DNA of 62,354 nt, the filler included, from Sphacelaria rigidula (lineage: Eukaryota): the NCBI GenBank assembly GCA_964200075.2. It is 6 parts of 6 records of this genome, joined end to end, with 100 filler letters (N's around TTAATTAATTAA, not from the genome) between each part and the next. Parts side by side here need not be neighbours in the genome. Positions count along the whole stretch, not along the records: positions 20,821 to 31,129 come from CAXNAA020006745.1; positions 31,230 to 41,538 come from CAXNAA020006746.1; 4 more parts are not named here. The stretch is one strand, 5' to 3'. The notes beneath the pieces were generated by a model. The model made no database searches and was not told the origin of the DNA. It saw only the letters and a program-made list of their open reading frames with translations. This document shows, piece by piece, positions 24,872 to 37,616 of the stretch. A program made the position numbers and the translations under genes. The first letter of the stretch is position 1; each line of letters begins with the position of its first letter.

Positions 24872-25170
24872 CTGTCCAAAGCAAACAAACCCGCACAAAA
24901 CAGCACGATGGCCAGAAGAAAAGACGGGGGTAAAAAAAGTGTAAGTGCGTTCATCACGTTTGCAACAAAAATCGTCGAAATTGCATTCATCACTCTTGTA
25001 AATAAAATAAAATCGTGGAAATAGCACTCATCACGTTTCGAAAAAAATGTGAAAATTGTATTCATCCCCGCTGTGAAAGAGCAAGCAAAAGAAAAAAATT
25101 ACATTCATCGTGTTTCAAAGAATGATAAAACGGCCAAAAAAAACATAAAAAATCGAACAATTAGAGTATA

Positions 25171-25238
25171 TGGTGGGAATCGAACTCGCGTTCCAATACC
25201 CTAATGGGGTCGGTTGTACTGTTAGATCACCGGGGCGC
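25171..25238 (-). mobile_element. tRNA-derived (SINE head-like) segment
   Basis: GCGCCCCGGTGATCTAACAG (A-box-like) ... GAGTTCGATTCCCACCA (B box); no intact cloverleaf. Confidence 0.5.
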
Positions 25239-25366
25239 GGCTTGGTATGGTACCAAATAGAGTCCAAACCCACAAGGGGGTGATATTTAACGTAGGTTAT
25301 ATCGGTATACGACATAGCCTGATACAGTAGTGCCAGCGTACTACAACTAGTCATAGCTGATGAATC

Positions 25367-25610
25367 GGGGGTGTTATCCAACGTACGCAACGGCGGTATA
25401 CAACATACCTTGGTACAGTACTGCTGCACGAACGGGTAGGGTACAAAATAGCCCGAAACCCACGACTCGGGCGTGTTGTCCAACGTACGCAACGACGGTG
25501 TACCACATACCCCGGGACAGTACTGCTGTAGGAACGGATAGGCTAACTGAAATAGCCCGGAATTCATCGCAAACGGGGATGTTATCCAATGCAACGGTGG
25601 TGAATAACGC
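25367..25610 (+). repeat. Three diverged ~105-bp tandem units
   Basis: TGTTrTCCAA..GCAACG.CGGT recurs at ~25372, ~25474 and ~25580. Confidence 0.75.
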
Positions 25611-25646
25611 ACTCCGGTGTCAATAAATGGGATCAACCTAGGGTAC

Positions 25647-25750
25647 CTGTTTTTGGTCTTAGCGTTCTTGGTCTCCGCCTCCCGCTCCTCTTTGATCCGT
25701 TGCTTCTCTGCCGCTGCAATATTGTTCCGCTTCCTCTCCTGCAAGGTCGC
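25647..25750 (-). CDS. SART1: SART1/Snu66-like, internal exon C
   Basis: agcag|GCGACC...AAACAG|gtaccc; 104 nt, phase 0/2; ATLQERKRNNIAAAEKQRIKEERE. Confidence 0.8.
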
Positions 25751-26900
25751 CTGCTCAACAGCAACAACGACAACAACAACAACGACACCGAACACGCGCA
25801 TGTATTAAAACAAAAGGAACCGAAACGAAACGAACCGAACCGAACCGAACGTGACAGAAAAAAAAAGGAAACACACACAACAGAGCACAACCACATAGAC
25901 CCGAACGGTACCGAACCAAACAGAACCAAACACGCGCAAACAGCAATCAAAATGAAACAAAGATTAGGACAGGGTGAGGGGAAAACACGCGTATATATCA
26001 TGACCAATTAACTGCACAGGTAAACACAAGCAGGAGTACACGTACGCTCTTTACGCAAGACGATTAATTTTTGCCTCAAGCCATGCTGCAGGGGTAGGCC
26101 AGCTCTACTTCCTCGGGACCGTTTGTTTCTTCTTCTTCTTGTACTCCTTTCCCTTCCTTTTCCATTTCCTGGTTTGTTCTTGTTTTTCGTCTTTGTTCTT
26201 GAGTTTAATCCGTTTGTTTGCTACATTTTTTTGGGTGTCCATTCATTTTCTTTGACGACCGAGTATTCCTGTTCTGTTTACTTTCCGTACTTTAATCTTG
26301 TGACCACGACTGAGTCTCTTGAGGATAAACCAATGTGTGACAATCGAATGTGAAAAATAGTGAGGGAAAGAAGGTAGAACACAGACGCGCGCACAATACG
26401 AATACCTCCCTGATTCATGCCTGACAAGAAAATGCCCCTACTGTAGTCCAAATACAACTTTGCACTACTTGCTGAATTCATCCGAAACATTGCACATTAA
26501 ATAGCATAATAATAATATGCTCTATAAATACAGACATTTTCCAAAACATCGGGTTGACCGTAAAAAAAGCGGACAGATCATCACACCAGAATATAACATG
26601 GAAGTATCATTCGAAGAAAAAAAAAATATATATATATATATATGCATTAACGATAATAATGATGTTGGAAGACGACGACAATGATCACATTAACAAAAAG
26701 ACACGTCACACCATCACATGCCGAAAAAACAAGAAAAACACACACGCACCCACGTTAAAGTGCGACAATCAATCATTCAATCAATTAACCAGTCAGTCGT
26801 AACACGTACATAATCGAACTGTAGGCCACAGCGTAGCAAAACAGGTTAGAAAAAAAAGGGAGACACACACAAACAAGGTACACTGTTTCAATGTTTATAC

Positions 26901-27083
26901 CTCCAACCGGCTAGTGAACTCCGTTGTTGACGTGAACACCATGCCCTCGTCTTCCTCCTTCTTCACAACCACGGCCCCTCCTTCGCCTTCTTTGCTCTCG
27001 CCCGTGTCCATGTCGACTCCATTTCCATCGTCCGTCTCTTCGGGTTCCCGCTTCACGTTCCTCAGCATGGCTTCTCTCACGGC
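26901..27083 (-). CDS. SART1: SART1/Snu66-like, internal exon B
   Basis: tatag|GCCGTG...TTGGAG|gtataa; 183 nt, phase 0/0; GMVFTSTTEFTSRLE matches the SART-1 motif GLVFDxTSEFxRxL. Confidence 0.85.
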
Positions 27084-27300
27084 CTATAGAAGTAGTCACT
27101 CAAAAAGCAAGGAAAAAGCGAGGAAAAAATCAACTACAAAAACAAAATGTACATGAAAAGTAAAAAAGGATTTTGATTTATTGATTGATTGTCGCACTAC
27201 CAGGGAAACACAGTGAAAAGTAACAAAAACAAGGAAAAGGCAATCAGAATACTTGAAAACTAAAAACCTCAAAAACGCTAAGAAACAACGAAAAACAACA

Positions 27301-28078
27301 CGAGCTGGGCTGGTCATGAAACACGCATTACTTCAACACACGACATTTTTCGTCAGTTTCCTGAATCAGCCCAATGTAAGGCCGTGTCAAAGAAATAATT
27401 TTCCAGTCGAAAACGAGCGGCGGGAAGAAAAAATTAGATCTGATAGGTCAGAATAAATCGACATTTATGTCCACGCCATTTATGTTGAGATGTTTCTTTT
27501 CCACCGCACTTTTTCGATCGATAAATAATTGCTAAGAAACGCCTCAAGTATATATCACTGTGAACTGTAGACCAACCTGCGGATGCAAGCTCTACCGCTG
27601 AAAAAAATCAAAGCATGTTGTGAATAATATATGACCTCAACGACAGAACCAGATTCCGATAAAATAAAATAAAAAAGGTAAAGTTGATGTCACGATTTCG
27701 AACTCGTGACTTTCCGCTGTTTTGGAGATCTCTTAAACTGGTTATACAAAAACTGGAATACCCCGCCGAATTTTCATAATTTCTGGGCCCGAATTTTACG
27801 AGAAACTTGTGCACGCAAGTTGAAAACTGTTCACACGACAGCAACCAGATTTATTCGTTCACTTCTTTCATCAACGAGGCATGATATTTTCTGTTTTTCA
27901 GAAATTTCGAATCGCTGCTAAGGTTCTTTTTTTTTTCTCGGTTGCTTCGACTACCTTTCCCATCCGCGTATTGACAATACAAATCTCGTGTAAAAATCAT
28001 CTCCCGAACTCTTCGAATTACGGTAAGCGGGGCAACAATGTTCAACCTTCAACAGGAACTCTTGATTGGCCCAGCTCG
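27301..28078 (-). mobile_element. CGAGCTGG-TIR MITE, copy 3 (inverted)
   Basis: CGAGCTGGGC...GCCCAGCTCG|TA; minus strand carries GAGTTCGAAAT, TCGTTGAGGTCATATATTAT and TTGGTCTACA, as in copies 1 and 2. Confidence 0.7.
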
Positions 28079-28711
28079 TACCAACAATATTTTGACGCAT
28101 GAATTCGATATAAGAGATACTTTTGGGATAAAGCAAGACGTTTCATAAGACAAATTACCGCAAATTGCCACGAGCACCTCGACTGTGCAACAGTGCTTAC
28201 AACGGGTTGGTGGTGACTACGATGTATACAACTCTCGTGCGATATTTAGGGACGGGGAACTGGGGGACATGGGTGGCTAGCAACCAGATTTATTCGTTCA
28301 CTTCTTTCATCAACGAGGCATGATATTTTCTGTTTTTCAGAAATTTCGAATCGCTGCGAAGGTTCTTTTTTTTTCTCGGTTGCTTCGACTACCTTTTCCA
28401 TCCGCGTATTGACAATACAAATCTCGTGTAAAAATCATCTCCCGAACTCTTCGAATTACGGTAAGCGGGGCAACAATGTTCAACCTTCAACAGGAACTCT
28501 TGACTGGCCCAGCCCGTACCAACAATATTTTGACGGATGAATTCGACATAAGAGATACTTTTGGGATAAAGCAAGACGTTTCATAAGACAAATTACCGCA
28601 AATTGCCACGAGCACCTCGACTGTGCAACAGTGCTTACAACGGGTTGGTGACTACGATGTATACAACTCTCGTGCGATATTTAGGGACGGGGAACTGGGG
28701 GACATGGGTGG
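27840..28711 (+). repeat. Near-identical tandem duplication, 439-bp period
   Basis: AGCAACCAGATTTATTCG starts at 27840 and 28279; a few SNPs and indels between copies. Confidence 0.95.
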
Positions 28712-29310
28712 GCGTACTCATTTGTTGCTTGCCCTAGACATTCGACCATTGATTGACCATGCATTTTGAGAGGGAGCACCATTCCTACTGCTAATGGAGA
28801 CACCTCCAACATTTGGGCGCTCATTACGTTTCTTCCATACATCACACAAAAAACCTATACATGTCTTACTAAGCTCCCTCCCTGTTTCGCCGTCTGTGGC
28901 CACCAAATATCTCCTGCAATAGCGATCGTATTTTTCGCTGTTGTATCATGTATCAAACGATTTCACGCCACCTTCATTTACTTGCCACATTCCCCGCTCT
29001 AGCACGTCCCATTTCGCCTGAATTAGTTCATATTCTTCCAGTATGTTAGTCTGACTCTGTTTCGCTTTGCCAAAATTTCAATTATGTGCATCCACTTCCT
29101 CTTCCGCCCGACTACGGGGGGTAGGGGTCATCATCTGTCGCTCGACTTGGTCATTTGATCATTGACAACGTATCCCTTTCGAGACGAGGCACCTTTCCCA
29201 CTCCAGATAGAAATGCCTCCAATATTTGGGCGCTCAATATATTCGACTGGAGAGGGGCGTACTCATTTGTTGCTTACCTTAGTCGTGTGACCATTGACCA
29301 TACATTCTAC
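28712..29310 (-). mobile_element. Non-LTR retrotransposon ORF 3'-end remnants (two to three pieces)
   Basis: FLCDVWKKRNERPNVGGVSISSRNGAPS...NGRMSRASNK*; a second ERPNIGGIS..GASSRKGYVVNDQMTKSS at ~29135-29235; a third short tail at ~29258-29305. Confidence 0.6.
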
Positions 29311-30544
29311 TGGGGAGGGGGGATGATGCAAGGTACCGGTGATATGGACGGCAAACTTGGCCATTTTCAAGAATTGCTGAAGATCGCGGCGACAAGGCAA
29401 GTAAGCGCACGGGCAACGTACACAACATGCAGCAAAACAAACAACTAGAACAAGCGTGGGCTCAGCAAAAAACAAACGAACCGAACCAACGCCAAGGCAA
29501 AACCAGAACCATAATCCCGGGACCGACCCAAAACCATGTCGTCAACCAGAAGCATATTGCCGGAACCGAAGGAAAAGCCAACCCGTCAATCATAACCACT
29601 AACAATAACCAAAACCGATCCGAAGGGAAGCAAAGCAGCGATAGCACGACAACACGATAAGACGACAACACCATAACACGACAAAGAAATCACCACAACA
29701 AAAACAGTTCCTAATTACGACCGACCTCGCCAACGTTCTGGCGTAAGTAAACCTGTAAACCTTAACAGAACCACACCCGAACCAAAAAACGCGCACACGA
29801 ATAAAAAAACACATCGAAAAAAAAAAAAACGAGATGGAACTGAACTTTTTAACGTCCCACGGGTAAGGCAATGGACCAAACTCAGAAAGAAGCAGAGACC
29901 GACAACGGAACGGAACGGAACGGAAACCGAACCACCCACAAGCCAACGAAAGAACACGATAAATATGTTATGATGACCTCTGTATGACTCGACCCGCTTA
30001 CTAATAACCCCGGGCTAGTCAACCCGGACCGTCTTCCAGGGTCTGTCATTCTGGGACTGTCATCATCCAATCCCCAGTCTGGAAGCGTCATTCTCCCGTA
30101 TCTGGATGCTTCCTCGTCGGCGCATCCCCTACTCTGTCATTCTGTACCTCAACCCAAATCGACTTGCAAAGTCTGTCCCGTTCAAGTCCACATCGCGGCT
30201 CCGCACACTCCGTACCCTTTCACCGAGTGAGAACCTACAACCTACACACACACACCGTCCGCGTAGGATAAGTCACACTCACTGTCCGACTGTGTCTTAT
30301 ATTGGCGTCGTCTTTGGTCCACCCGAGACCTTACAAATACACAATATATCGACCCCCTAAAAAGGCTTCTGGATACAACAAACTGATGACAGAACTGGCT
30401 CCGCCAGTCGACCTGCATGAACCTTTGAGTCAAACCAAGAGCCGAACCCACAACCCAGAGTCATCAGCAGCAACCAGACAACACCGAAACGACAGAAATA
30501 AGGACGGAAACAAAAGAACAAAAAGTTATCGAAGTACAGCTCAC

Positions 30545-30688
30545 CTCGCCAACGTCTCTGGATTTCCGTTTTTTTGCTTGATCCTTCAGCTGGGCAAGTC
30601 TTCTCGCGCGAGCTAGGGAAAGCCCCAGGTCGCTGTCAAGTTCCTCCGCAAATGCCATCGGATCTTCCGCAGGAGGTCGCGCTTGAGG
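30545..30688 (-). CDS. SART1: SART1/Snu66-like, internal exon A
   Basis: gacag|CCTCAA...GGCGAG|gtgagc; 144 nt, phase 0/0; EELDSDLGLSLARARRLAQLK matches the SART-1 motif DDDLxxSLARARRL. Confidence 0.85.
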
Positions 30689-31129
30689 CTGTCAAGTTTC
30701 CCAAAAATAAAAAACAAAAATAAATAATAGAAGGGAATGAATGAATGATATAAATTAAGAAACAAAGAAACGAAAACATATAAAACGATCGACAATATCG
30801 TCAAAAACATACCAAGTGAATATTGATTAATGGTCGCACTTGAACTGACCCCCCAGGGATCCGATCCAGCCGTGGTCACATGATACACGTACCCGAGACA
30901 AAACGAAACTCAAACACTCACTGAAAAAAATGGAATAGGACAAACAAAAAAGGCACAACAAACCAACAGAGTAGACTGAGAAAAGAAATGAATAGAAAAA
31001 TGCATATACATATATATATATATATATACATACATCTTCCCGCCCACGTTTTTTTCAGGTACGCAAACTTTAACGGATATTGGGCAAATGAGAGTCCGCG
31101 GTACTTGACAATCAAGAAATAGAATTAGA

Positions 31130-31229
31130 NNNNNNNNNNNNNNNNNNNNNNNNNNNNNNNNNNNNNNNNNNNNTTAATTAATTAANNNNNNNNNNNNNNN
31201 NNNNNNNNNNNNNNNNNNNNNNNNNNNNN
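31130..31229. other. Artificial contig linker
   Basis: N44-TTAATTAATTAA-N44. Confidence 0.99.
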
Positions 31230-31781
31230 GTGGGGAAAGCACTGTTTTAGGCTTGAGCCTCATCTCGAAGTTAAACCTCAATTCTCACAATTTGTTGTTT
31301 TTTGTTGAATACAAATCTCAAACACTGCTTACGAGTGCATGTCCACACGCCTGAGCTTAGATACGATGCTTTGGCGTTAGGCGTGGATGTTGCAATGAAC
31401 GTGTATACCTCGCATACCTATGCAGATATTTAATAAATACTCCTTTGTCCAATGTCTACCAACAAGATAAACCAAATGATCTTACAAAACAGTCACTCAA
31501 TCAATCATGATTTTGTTTATGGAGGTTTTTGTTTGGTTTTTATGAGAAGCACAAAATATTATGTGCCGTCAGCAACGAATCATAAGTGGTTCAATGTTTA
31601 TCTCGTCTCGTCCTCGAGCACAAAATCGCGAGTTTAATACCGATGGCTCGCTGCCACTTCTCGACCGTCCTTTTTTGCCAGTACCATGCCCATGCTGTAA
31701 GGTGGAGTATATTGTATGTGCGCTAAAACACTGTACAACATATTAAGAACAATGAACAGTACACAGGGTGAGGAAACCCTA

Positions 31782-31945
31782 TGAAGCGTACTGTGCGGCG
31801 CGAAAAATTACCCTACAGCCAAATCCCCGCGAGAAGCATTGCATAGTTTCCCTGAAATCCTGTGAAGCGTCCTGTGTGGCGCAAAAACCCACCCTACAGC
31901 CAAATCCCCGCGAGAAACTCTGCACAGTTTCCCTGAACCCTGTAG
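31782..31945 (+). repeat. Tandem duplication, ~80-bp unit x2
   Basis: ACCCTACAGCCAAATCCCCGCGAGAA at ~31810 and ~31891. Confidence 0.9.
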
Positions 31946-32453
31946 ACGTGCCCCACAGAGTACTATCTGTCCATGTGTGAGAGTGGCACCAACACACTCA
32001 AAATCAGCAACACTTCCGAGGAGCACCGACGGCCGTGGCATCGGAGTCTTTTCATACGCGCTTGTACATACATACACGTAGTTGTTTGAGTTTGAATGGC
32101 CGGAATCCTCATAAGCGTAGCCATTTGCGACATGAATACAATTTCCTCCAATATTGTCATAGCATGTTGACCTTGAAGTACTGATGGCTATTCTTTGAAT
32201 CTGCATATTTTTCATAAGAGCGCCCTAGGTCTTCTACTGTTTGACTACGAAGTATTATAGTAATTCTCAGTTGAAATGTGTACTACTTTTTTATTTCGTT
32301 GCAACTTGCTCCCAGTGTACGAATGCTCCGGATGCAAATAAGATTCTAAACGCTACGCAGTCAAACGACAAAAAAGGTCAAGTGAACGTTGAACCATCGT
32401 TATTCATTGTCCATGCGCGGATCGACCTGTTTGGTGTTCGTCGATGCTTCAAG

Positions 32454-32593
32454 GAGGGCCGCGAGAATGAGCGCCTCGCCGACGAGGAGAGGGGTAACAT
32501 CGAGCGTTACCTCTACAATGTTCTCGACCGGCTCCCGTCCCTCCAGGCGTGCGACGACAACCCGCTCGCGCGGAAGGTCCACCGCGATGGAAC
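32454..32593 (+). CDS. Putative exon of an unknown gene
   Basis: caag|GAGGGC...GGAAC|gtgagt; GC3-rich; EGRENERLADEERGNIERYLYNVLDRLPSLQACDDNPLARKVHRDG; phase 2 end fits the acceptor at ~33237. Confidence 0.45.
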
Positions 32594-33236
32594 GTGAGTT
32601 CACGTGATTGCGATTGGAAGCAACAGCAACGGAGAAACGACACAATATTTATTGAGTTTGATAGACGCGCACTTCCAGAGCTGAGGGAGATGTGGAACGA
32701 TCTCTTGAGACTGCCGAGGCAGAAGAGGGGTTACAGATTACGACAAAAAAAGGGACAATGGAAAGGTGTAAAATCGGTGCTTGTTGTTGTGTGATGTTCT
32801 GGACGTTCGTGTCGGCTGAGTGGAATGGGGTACAGCTTGTAGCACTGTCGGAGTTTATTCTGAATTTACAAAATACGGGTCTCTGCTGTGTGATGCATAG
32901 TAGAGAATGCACTTCTAATATAAAAGCGACAAGGTTCGCAGTGTTGAAAAACCTCGGAATCTAGGAATCTACAATGCTCTCAGGCATATAGTTTTCTCCA
33001 GCTTTGAACCAAACGATGAACGATTCAGCCAACGCACCACGAATAGGACGCGTTAAAGCTCTCACGCGTGGAAACAGCATGCTCTGTCCAGTTTTTCAAT
33101 TTGAGAACATCTGCAGAAAACATAAAAAACGGCCAATTCATCATCATCGGTTCCATTTCCCTGATCATCCAAGTCAAGTTGTTACGGAGTTTTGGCGTTG
33201 TCACGGCATACCAATATCACGTTGTTACTCTTGCAG

Positions 33237-33358
33237 ATTCACAGGAAAATATGTCCAGCTACCTACCGTGCAAATTTCATCCACCGGATTTGCAAGCCAA
33301 ATGCTAGGCATGAAGCACTCGGCCATCAGGCTTCTAAAAGGGTCCGGGGATACATACA
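33237..33358 (+). CDS. Putative exon of the same unknown gene (donor uncertain)
   Basis: ttgcag|ATTCACAGG...; FTGKYVQLPTVQISSTGFASQMLGMKHSAIRLLKG. Confidence 0.35.
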
Positions 33359-33461
33359 GTAACTTTTGAAACCCAACAGTATCTACGGCGTACCCGTCTT
33401 TCGCGCAGTGATGCCTGTGAGCAGCTGCTATTCTTGTTGTACAATTCTCCAAGAATTTAAG

Positions 33462-33979
33462 GTGAACAGTCACTAGTAGAGTCCACGGTTTTGGGCCGAA
33501 CCGTCGTTCTTCGTGCGCGAAATCGCAGATATATGCACAAGGAGGTTGTAGATGCCATCGACCAAGTGGTGCAATTTATCGGGGAAAGATACGCAGACGT
33601 GAAGGCCGCCTTTGATGAGTTCAACGGAGGTCCATCTGACGACAGCAACGATGATGACGGTGGTGGTGGTGGTGGTGGTGGTGGCGGTTCTGCTTCTGCT
33701 TCTGCTTCTGCTGCTTCTGCTGGTGCTGGTGCTGACGCTGGTGCTGGTGGTGCTGGTGGTGCTAGTGCTGGTGCTGGTGCTGGTACTGGTGCTGCTACTG
33801 CTGCTGCTGATGCTGCTATCGCTGCTCCTTCTGCTGCGGCTGCTGCTGCTGATGCGGCTGCGGCTGCTGCTGCTGCTGCTGATGCTGCGGCTGCGGCTGC
33901 GGCTGCGGCTGCGGCTGCGGCAGCTGTTGCTGCTACGTTTGCTCCTGCTGCTGATGGTCAGGATGGCAACCGTGGCCAG
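33462..33979 (+). CDS. Putative exon with poly-Gly/poly-Ala trinucleotide expansion
   Basis: Open frame RTVVLRARNRRYMHKEVVDAIDQVVQFIGERY + (GGT)n/(GCT/GCG)n; ends CAG|gtgagg. Confidence 0.45.
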
Positions 33980-34161
33980 GTGAGGGTGATTTACTCACAA
34001 ATGTCAGTGTATACTCTCCTTTCTCCCTGGAGATGTTGAAGCTTCGAGAGAGTAAAACCTTCTCACGGTACAACACAAAATGTTATCGCCCACGACCACC
34101 TGTGCCCCTTTCCCGCTCTCGACCGACTGTGGCCGAACCCTTGTCGACATCGAAAACACAG

Positions 34162-34704
34162 CCGTTTACGCCCTCAGCCTCTTCTACTGCGTATGCAAAC
34201 CACCCTGCTGTTACGCCACTACAGCCCCAAGCATCGGCGTGGGTAGCCCCCGCTGCAGTCGCAGCAACGGTGCCGGCCGCCCCGGGGAAAGGTGCGTTTC
34301 AGCAGTCATTGTCTACCTCAGTGTCTGGTGGAGCTCCGTTGATGGGACTTGTTGCTCCTGCTGCTGCTGCCGCTGCGGTTGCAACCCCAGCCGTCAGGGT
34401 ACCGGTGGCAGCGGTGCCCCTACTCGTCGCCACCACGATGGGGATGCCCACGCCCACAATGGGCACAGGACCACTGCTGGCGATGCCGACACCAATTCCT
34501 CTCCTTGCGGTGAGAACAGGCGCACCGCCGGCGATGGCTGTGGCCATTCCTGCGGTAATGGACCCAGTGTCCAACTTCGCCGGGAGCTACGGCGCTCCGC
34601 GGCACCAGCAGCGCCAGCAGCACCAGCAACCAGCCCTCACTTCGCACGCACCTCTATTCGCCAACACGAGTGGAGTAGGATCGCATTTGCCCGTCCCATC
34701 GCAG
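34162..34704 (+). CDS. Putative Ala/Pro-rich exon
   Basis: acag|CCGTTT...TCGCAG|gtaatt; 543 nt, phase 0/0; lies within ORF 34033-34749. Confidence 0.45.
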
Positions 34705-35499
34705 GTAATTCACGAGGTAGAACAAGCAACACGAACTAGATCACGTTGATACACAAGACATCGCAGTTACTCAACTGTCGCATAGACCTTTTGGGGCCGA
34801 GGGGGAATCAACGCCTGCGATTGTTGTTCATGACTCATTGGCCGGGAAAGGAATATCTGCGGCATCAAGGGTTCAGGAAGCCATTCGCGGCGGTCGGCGG
34901 TCCGTGGCAGTGGGTCAGGAGAGTAAAAGTAATTAAAAGAAGAAACAGAGCCATTGTTTATGGGCGATCCTCTACCCATGGTTCCATCCGTTTACCCATG
35001 TTTATGCTTAGCAAAAGCAGTGTTTGCTCTGACAGTGAAATCCTCGGTGTACTCACCACCACGAGGACCTCCTGCACGCCATGGGTGCCTGCTTGAAAAA
35101 GGCGACAAAAATCCTGTAATGTAATGTATACGTTGGCCATGCGAAACATGTGAGCCTGAGGTCAAGCTGAGCTGAAATCTGTGGTTTACGTACTCATAAA
35201 ATATACATCAGGTTCCGTGTGACCGTCGTTTAAACCGAATGTGCTATAGAGGCGTATCACATTGAGAACTACCCACATGTCTGTGACTATTGAGAGTAAG
35301 CTCACACGTTTGAGCGCCAAAACCATGATCGTGGATGACAAAGAGATCGACGGGGAATGATTCTGTGGATAGGATCAGGAATACGGAATACCCCAGGTGT
35401 TTCCTTCGAAGGTCGAATTTCAATCGGCTGAAAGCTATTACTATCAGTTGTCACCCCAAATACTGAGTTGAAGGTATCAAACGAATGGAGCAGGTTATG

Positions 35500-35912
35500 A
35501 TGCGTGAGAGGAGAGTGTGCTTAGAGGGCCACGCCGTAGTTCAAAATACATCAGGATCGACGTTTTTCAAAACCAATCGGTTTAGTCCCTGAAGGTACCT
35601 CACCCCTGACCCTAACTGCAATGCGTGAGAGGATCTCGTGCTTAGACGACCGCGCCATCGTTCAAAATACCTCAGGATCGATGTTTTTCAAAACCAATCG
35701 GGCCAGTCCCTGCAGGTACCACGCCCCTGACCATAACCCTGGCACTAACACTAACCCTAACCCTCACCATGGGGATGTTCAAATTCCGATGCGGTCCTCA
35801 AAGCATGCGGTCCTCTAACGCATTACACTAACCCCAACACTAACCCTAACCCTATCCATGGGGCTGTTCAAATTCCGATGCGGTCCTTCAAGCACGCGGT
35901 CCTCTCACGCAT
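35500..35912. repeat. Inverted-repeat element with doubled arms around telomere-like (CTAACC)n motifs
   Basis: ATGCGTGAGAGGA..GTGCTT at 35500 and 35621; its reverse complement ends at ~35824 and ~35912; CTAACC units at ~35746-35765 and ~35828-35853. Confidence 0.7.
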
Positions 35913-37616
35913 TACAGAGATGACCGCAAAACATAGCAGAATCAACTTGAAAACAAAAAACATTGACGCTAAATCAACGAGGTCTAAAAAGGCCGGGCTC
36001 TCCACCGAAGGTGAAGGGCTTGCCATATCCCGGCCGATATTGATATCCGTGTAAATAACACGGGGGGCACACGGATGCTGGGGATAATAAGCCAGACGCG
36101 CACAAAGAGCCCACGATAAACAAGATTGCTGTGGCACCGAATTGTGACTACATGACACCATATTATACTACTTGTGGTAGATTTTGTTGGGAACATACTT
36201 GCGTGTTGGAGCGGGGTGCTGATAAGTGTCGATTATCGAGCACCCATTCACAATTGAGCATGCAACACGTCGAATCATGGCGTTAGAGGCAGAGCCATGC
36301 GGTATCGCGGTTATCTCCTAACTTTTGTCCATCCTTTGTTTTCAATTGGTGGCAGGTTATCAACCCGTCTTGGAGCCTGGCTGCCACTCCGATGGACGTG
36401 GTAAGAGTTTTGAGTTTGGTGAATTGATCTGATTTGTCCCAAATTTGCTGATCCCTGAGGGACCCAGTCGTGGTCATTATCCACAAGACAGACGAACCCA
36501 ACGTGAACGAAAGCGCGCACTGAAGAAAATGGAAAAAGAAGAAACAAGACGGCAAAAGCGACGATCGGAGTGAACAGGATAACAAGAACAAACAAAACAA
36601 ACAGAGCACAAAAACAAGCGGGAAAAGGAAAAAAAAGACATGAAGAAGAGCCTGAGAAGTATGTACCGACGTATGTAACGTGGGAAATAACGGAAAACAA
36701 TATAGCGCTTGCTACGAATGGCCGACCCGTGCAGTATGGCTTCAGGTGAAGAAGGTCTTCCCCAAAGAAGCACATGCACTCACGCAGATGAGAAATCAAT
36801 AGGCCATGGCAGCAGATTGCTCTTCTGCCATTTCGGCCACACTGTTTGGGTATGAGCTCTGACCCATGAGCTCTAGGGACGCAAGGTACCAAGCCGCTAC
36901 TTGCATATCAATGTGCGGGAAGAAACAGCGCACGAGAGAGAGGGAGGAAAAGGGAAAACGGAGAAGAAAGAAATTGCAGAAGCGGTGAAACCTAAGAATA
37001 CAGTAGAGTGTATATAACATCACGGCAAGTGAACACCGCGAGAACACAGGCGAAGGAAAAAGTGGACAGCCGATAGGACAAGACAGGTCTCGACCAGTTT
37101 CCGTATTAACCTAGCTTCCCCCACTCATACCTAGTCGGGTACAATGCGGGAAACTATATTATATTAGATTACCATCCTGGATTCCTCGCGTGCAGTTTGC
37201 TGTTGATGTGTCAGTGGTGGCGTGTTTCGCGGCTCTCGGTGCAGCAGCCTCTACTTTATCGAGAGGGTCGCCTTTGCGTTTGTCTTCGCGTCTCTACGTC
37301 TCCTCGAGCTCTTCCGCCCCTCAGGCGACTTCAATATCTCATTTCCTCACGTTCTTCGCCGCAGTGACCTAGTCGTGTGCGTTTTTCGACCCCGATACCG
37401 TAGAGGAACCATCCACGTTGTGCGTCGTGTTGAAGGAGTTTTCCTCGGTAGATGTTCGAATTGTTGTCGTATAGTGATGGACAGTTTTTTCGCGTTTCTC
37501 TGGCCACCGTAACTTCTGTGAGCGCGTTGGGGGAACCGGACTGTTGGATTAGCTTTTTATTACGGCCTCATAAATACCACGGAGCTGAACAGTCACTGTC
37601 CATTCCCGGGATTAGC

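Noticed and set aside
24427..25801. Long ORFs 24427-25065 and 25115-25801 as stand-alone genes
   Set aside because: Each is a short SART1 exon read through into intronic repeats.
33612..33983. Poly-Leu/Val membrane protein ORF
   Set aside because: Alternative frame of the GCT/GGT trinucleotide repeat.
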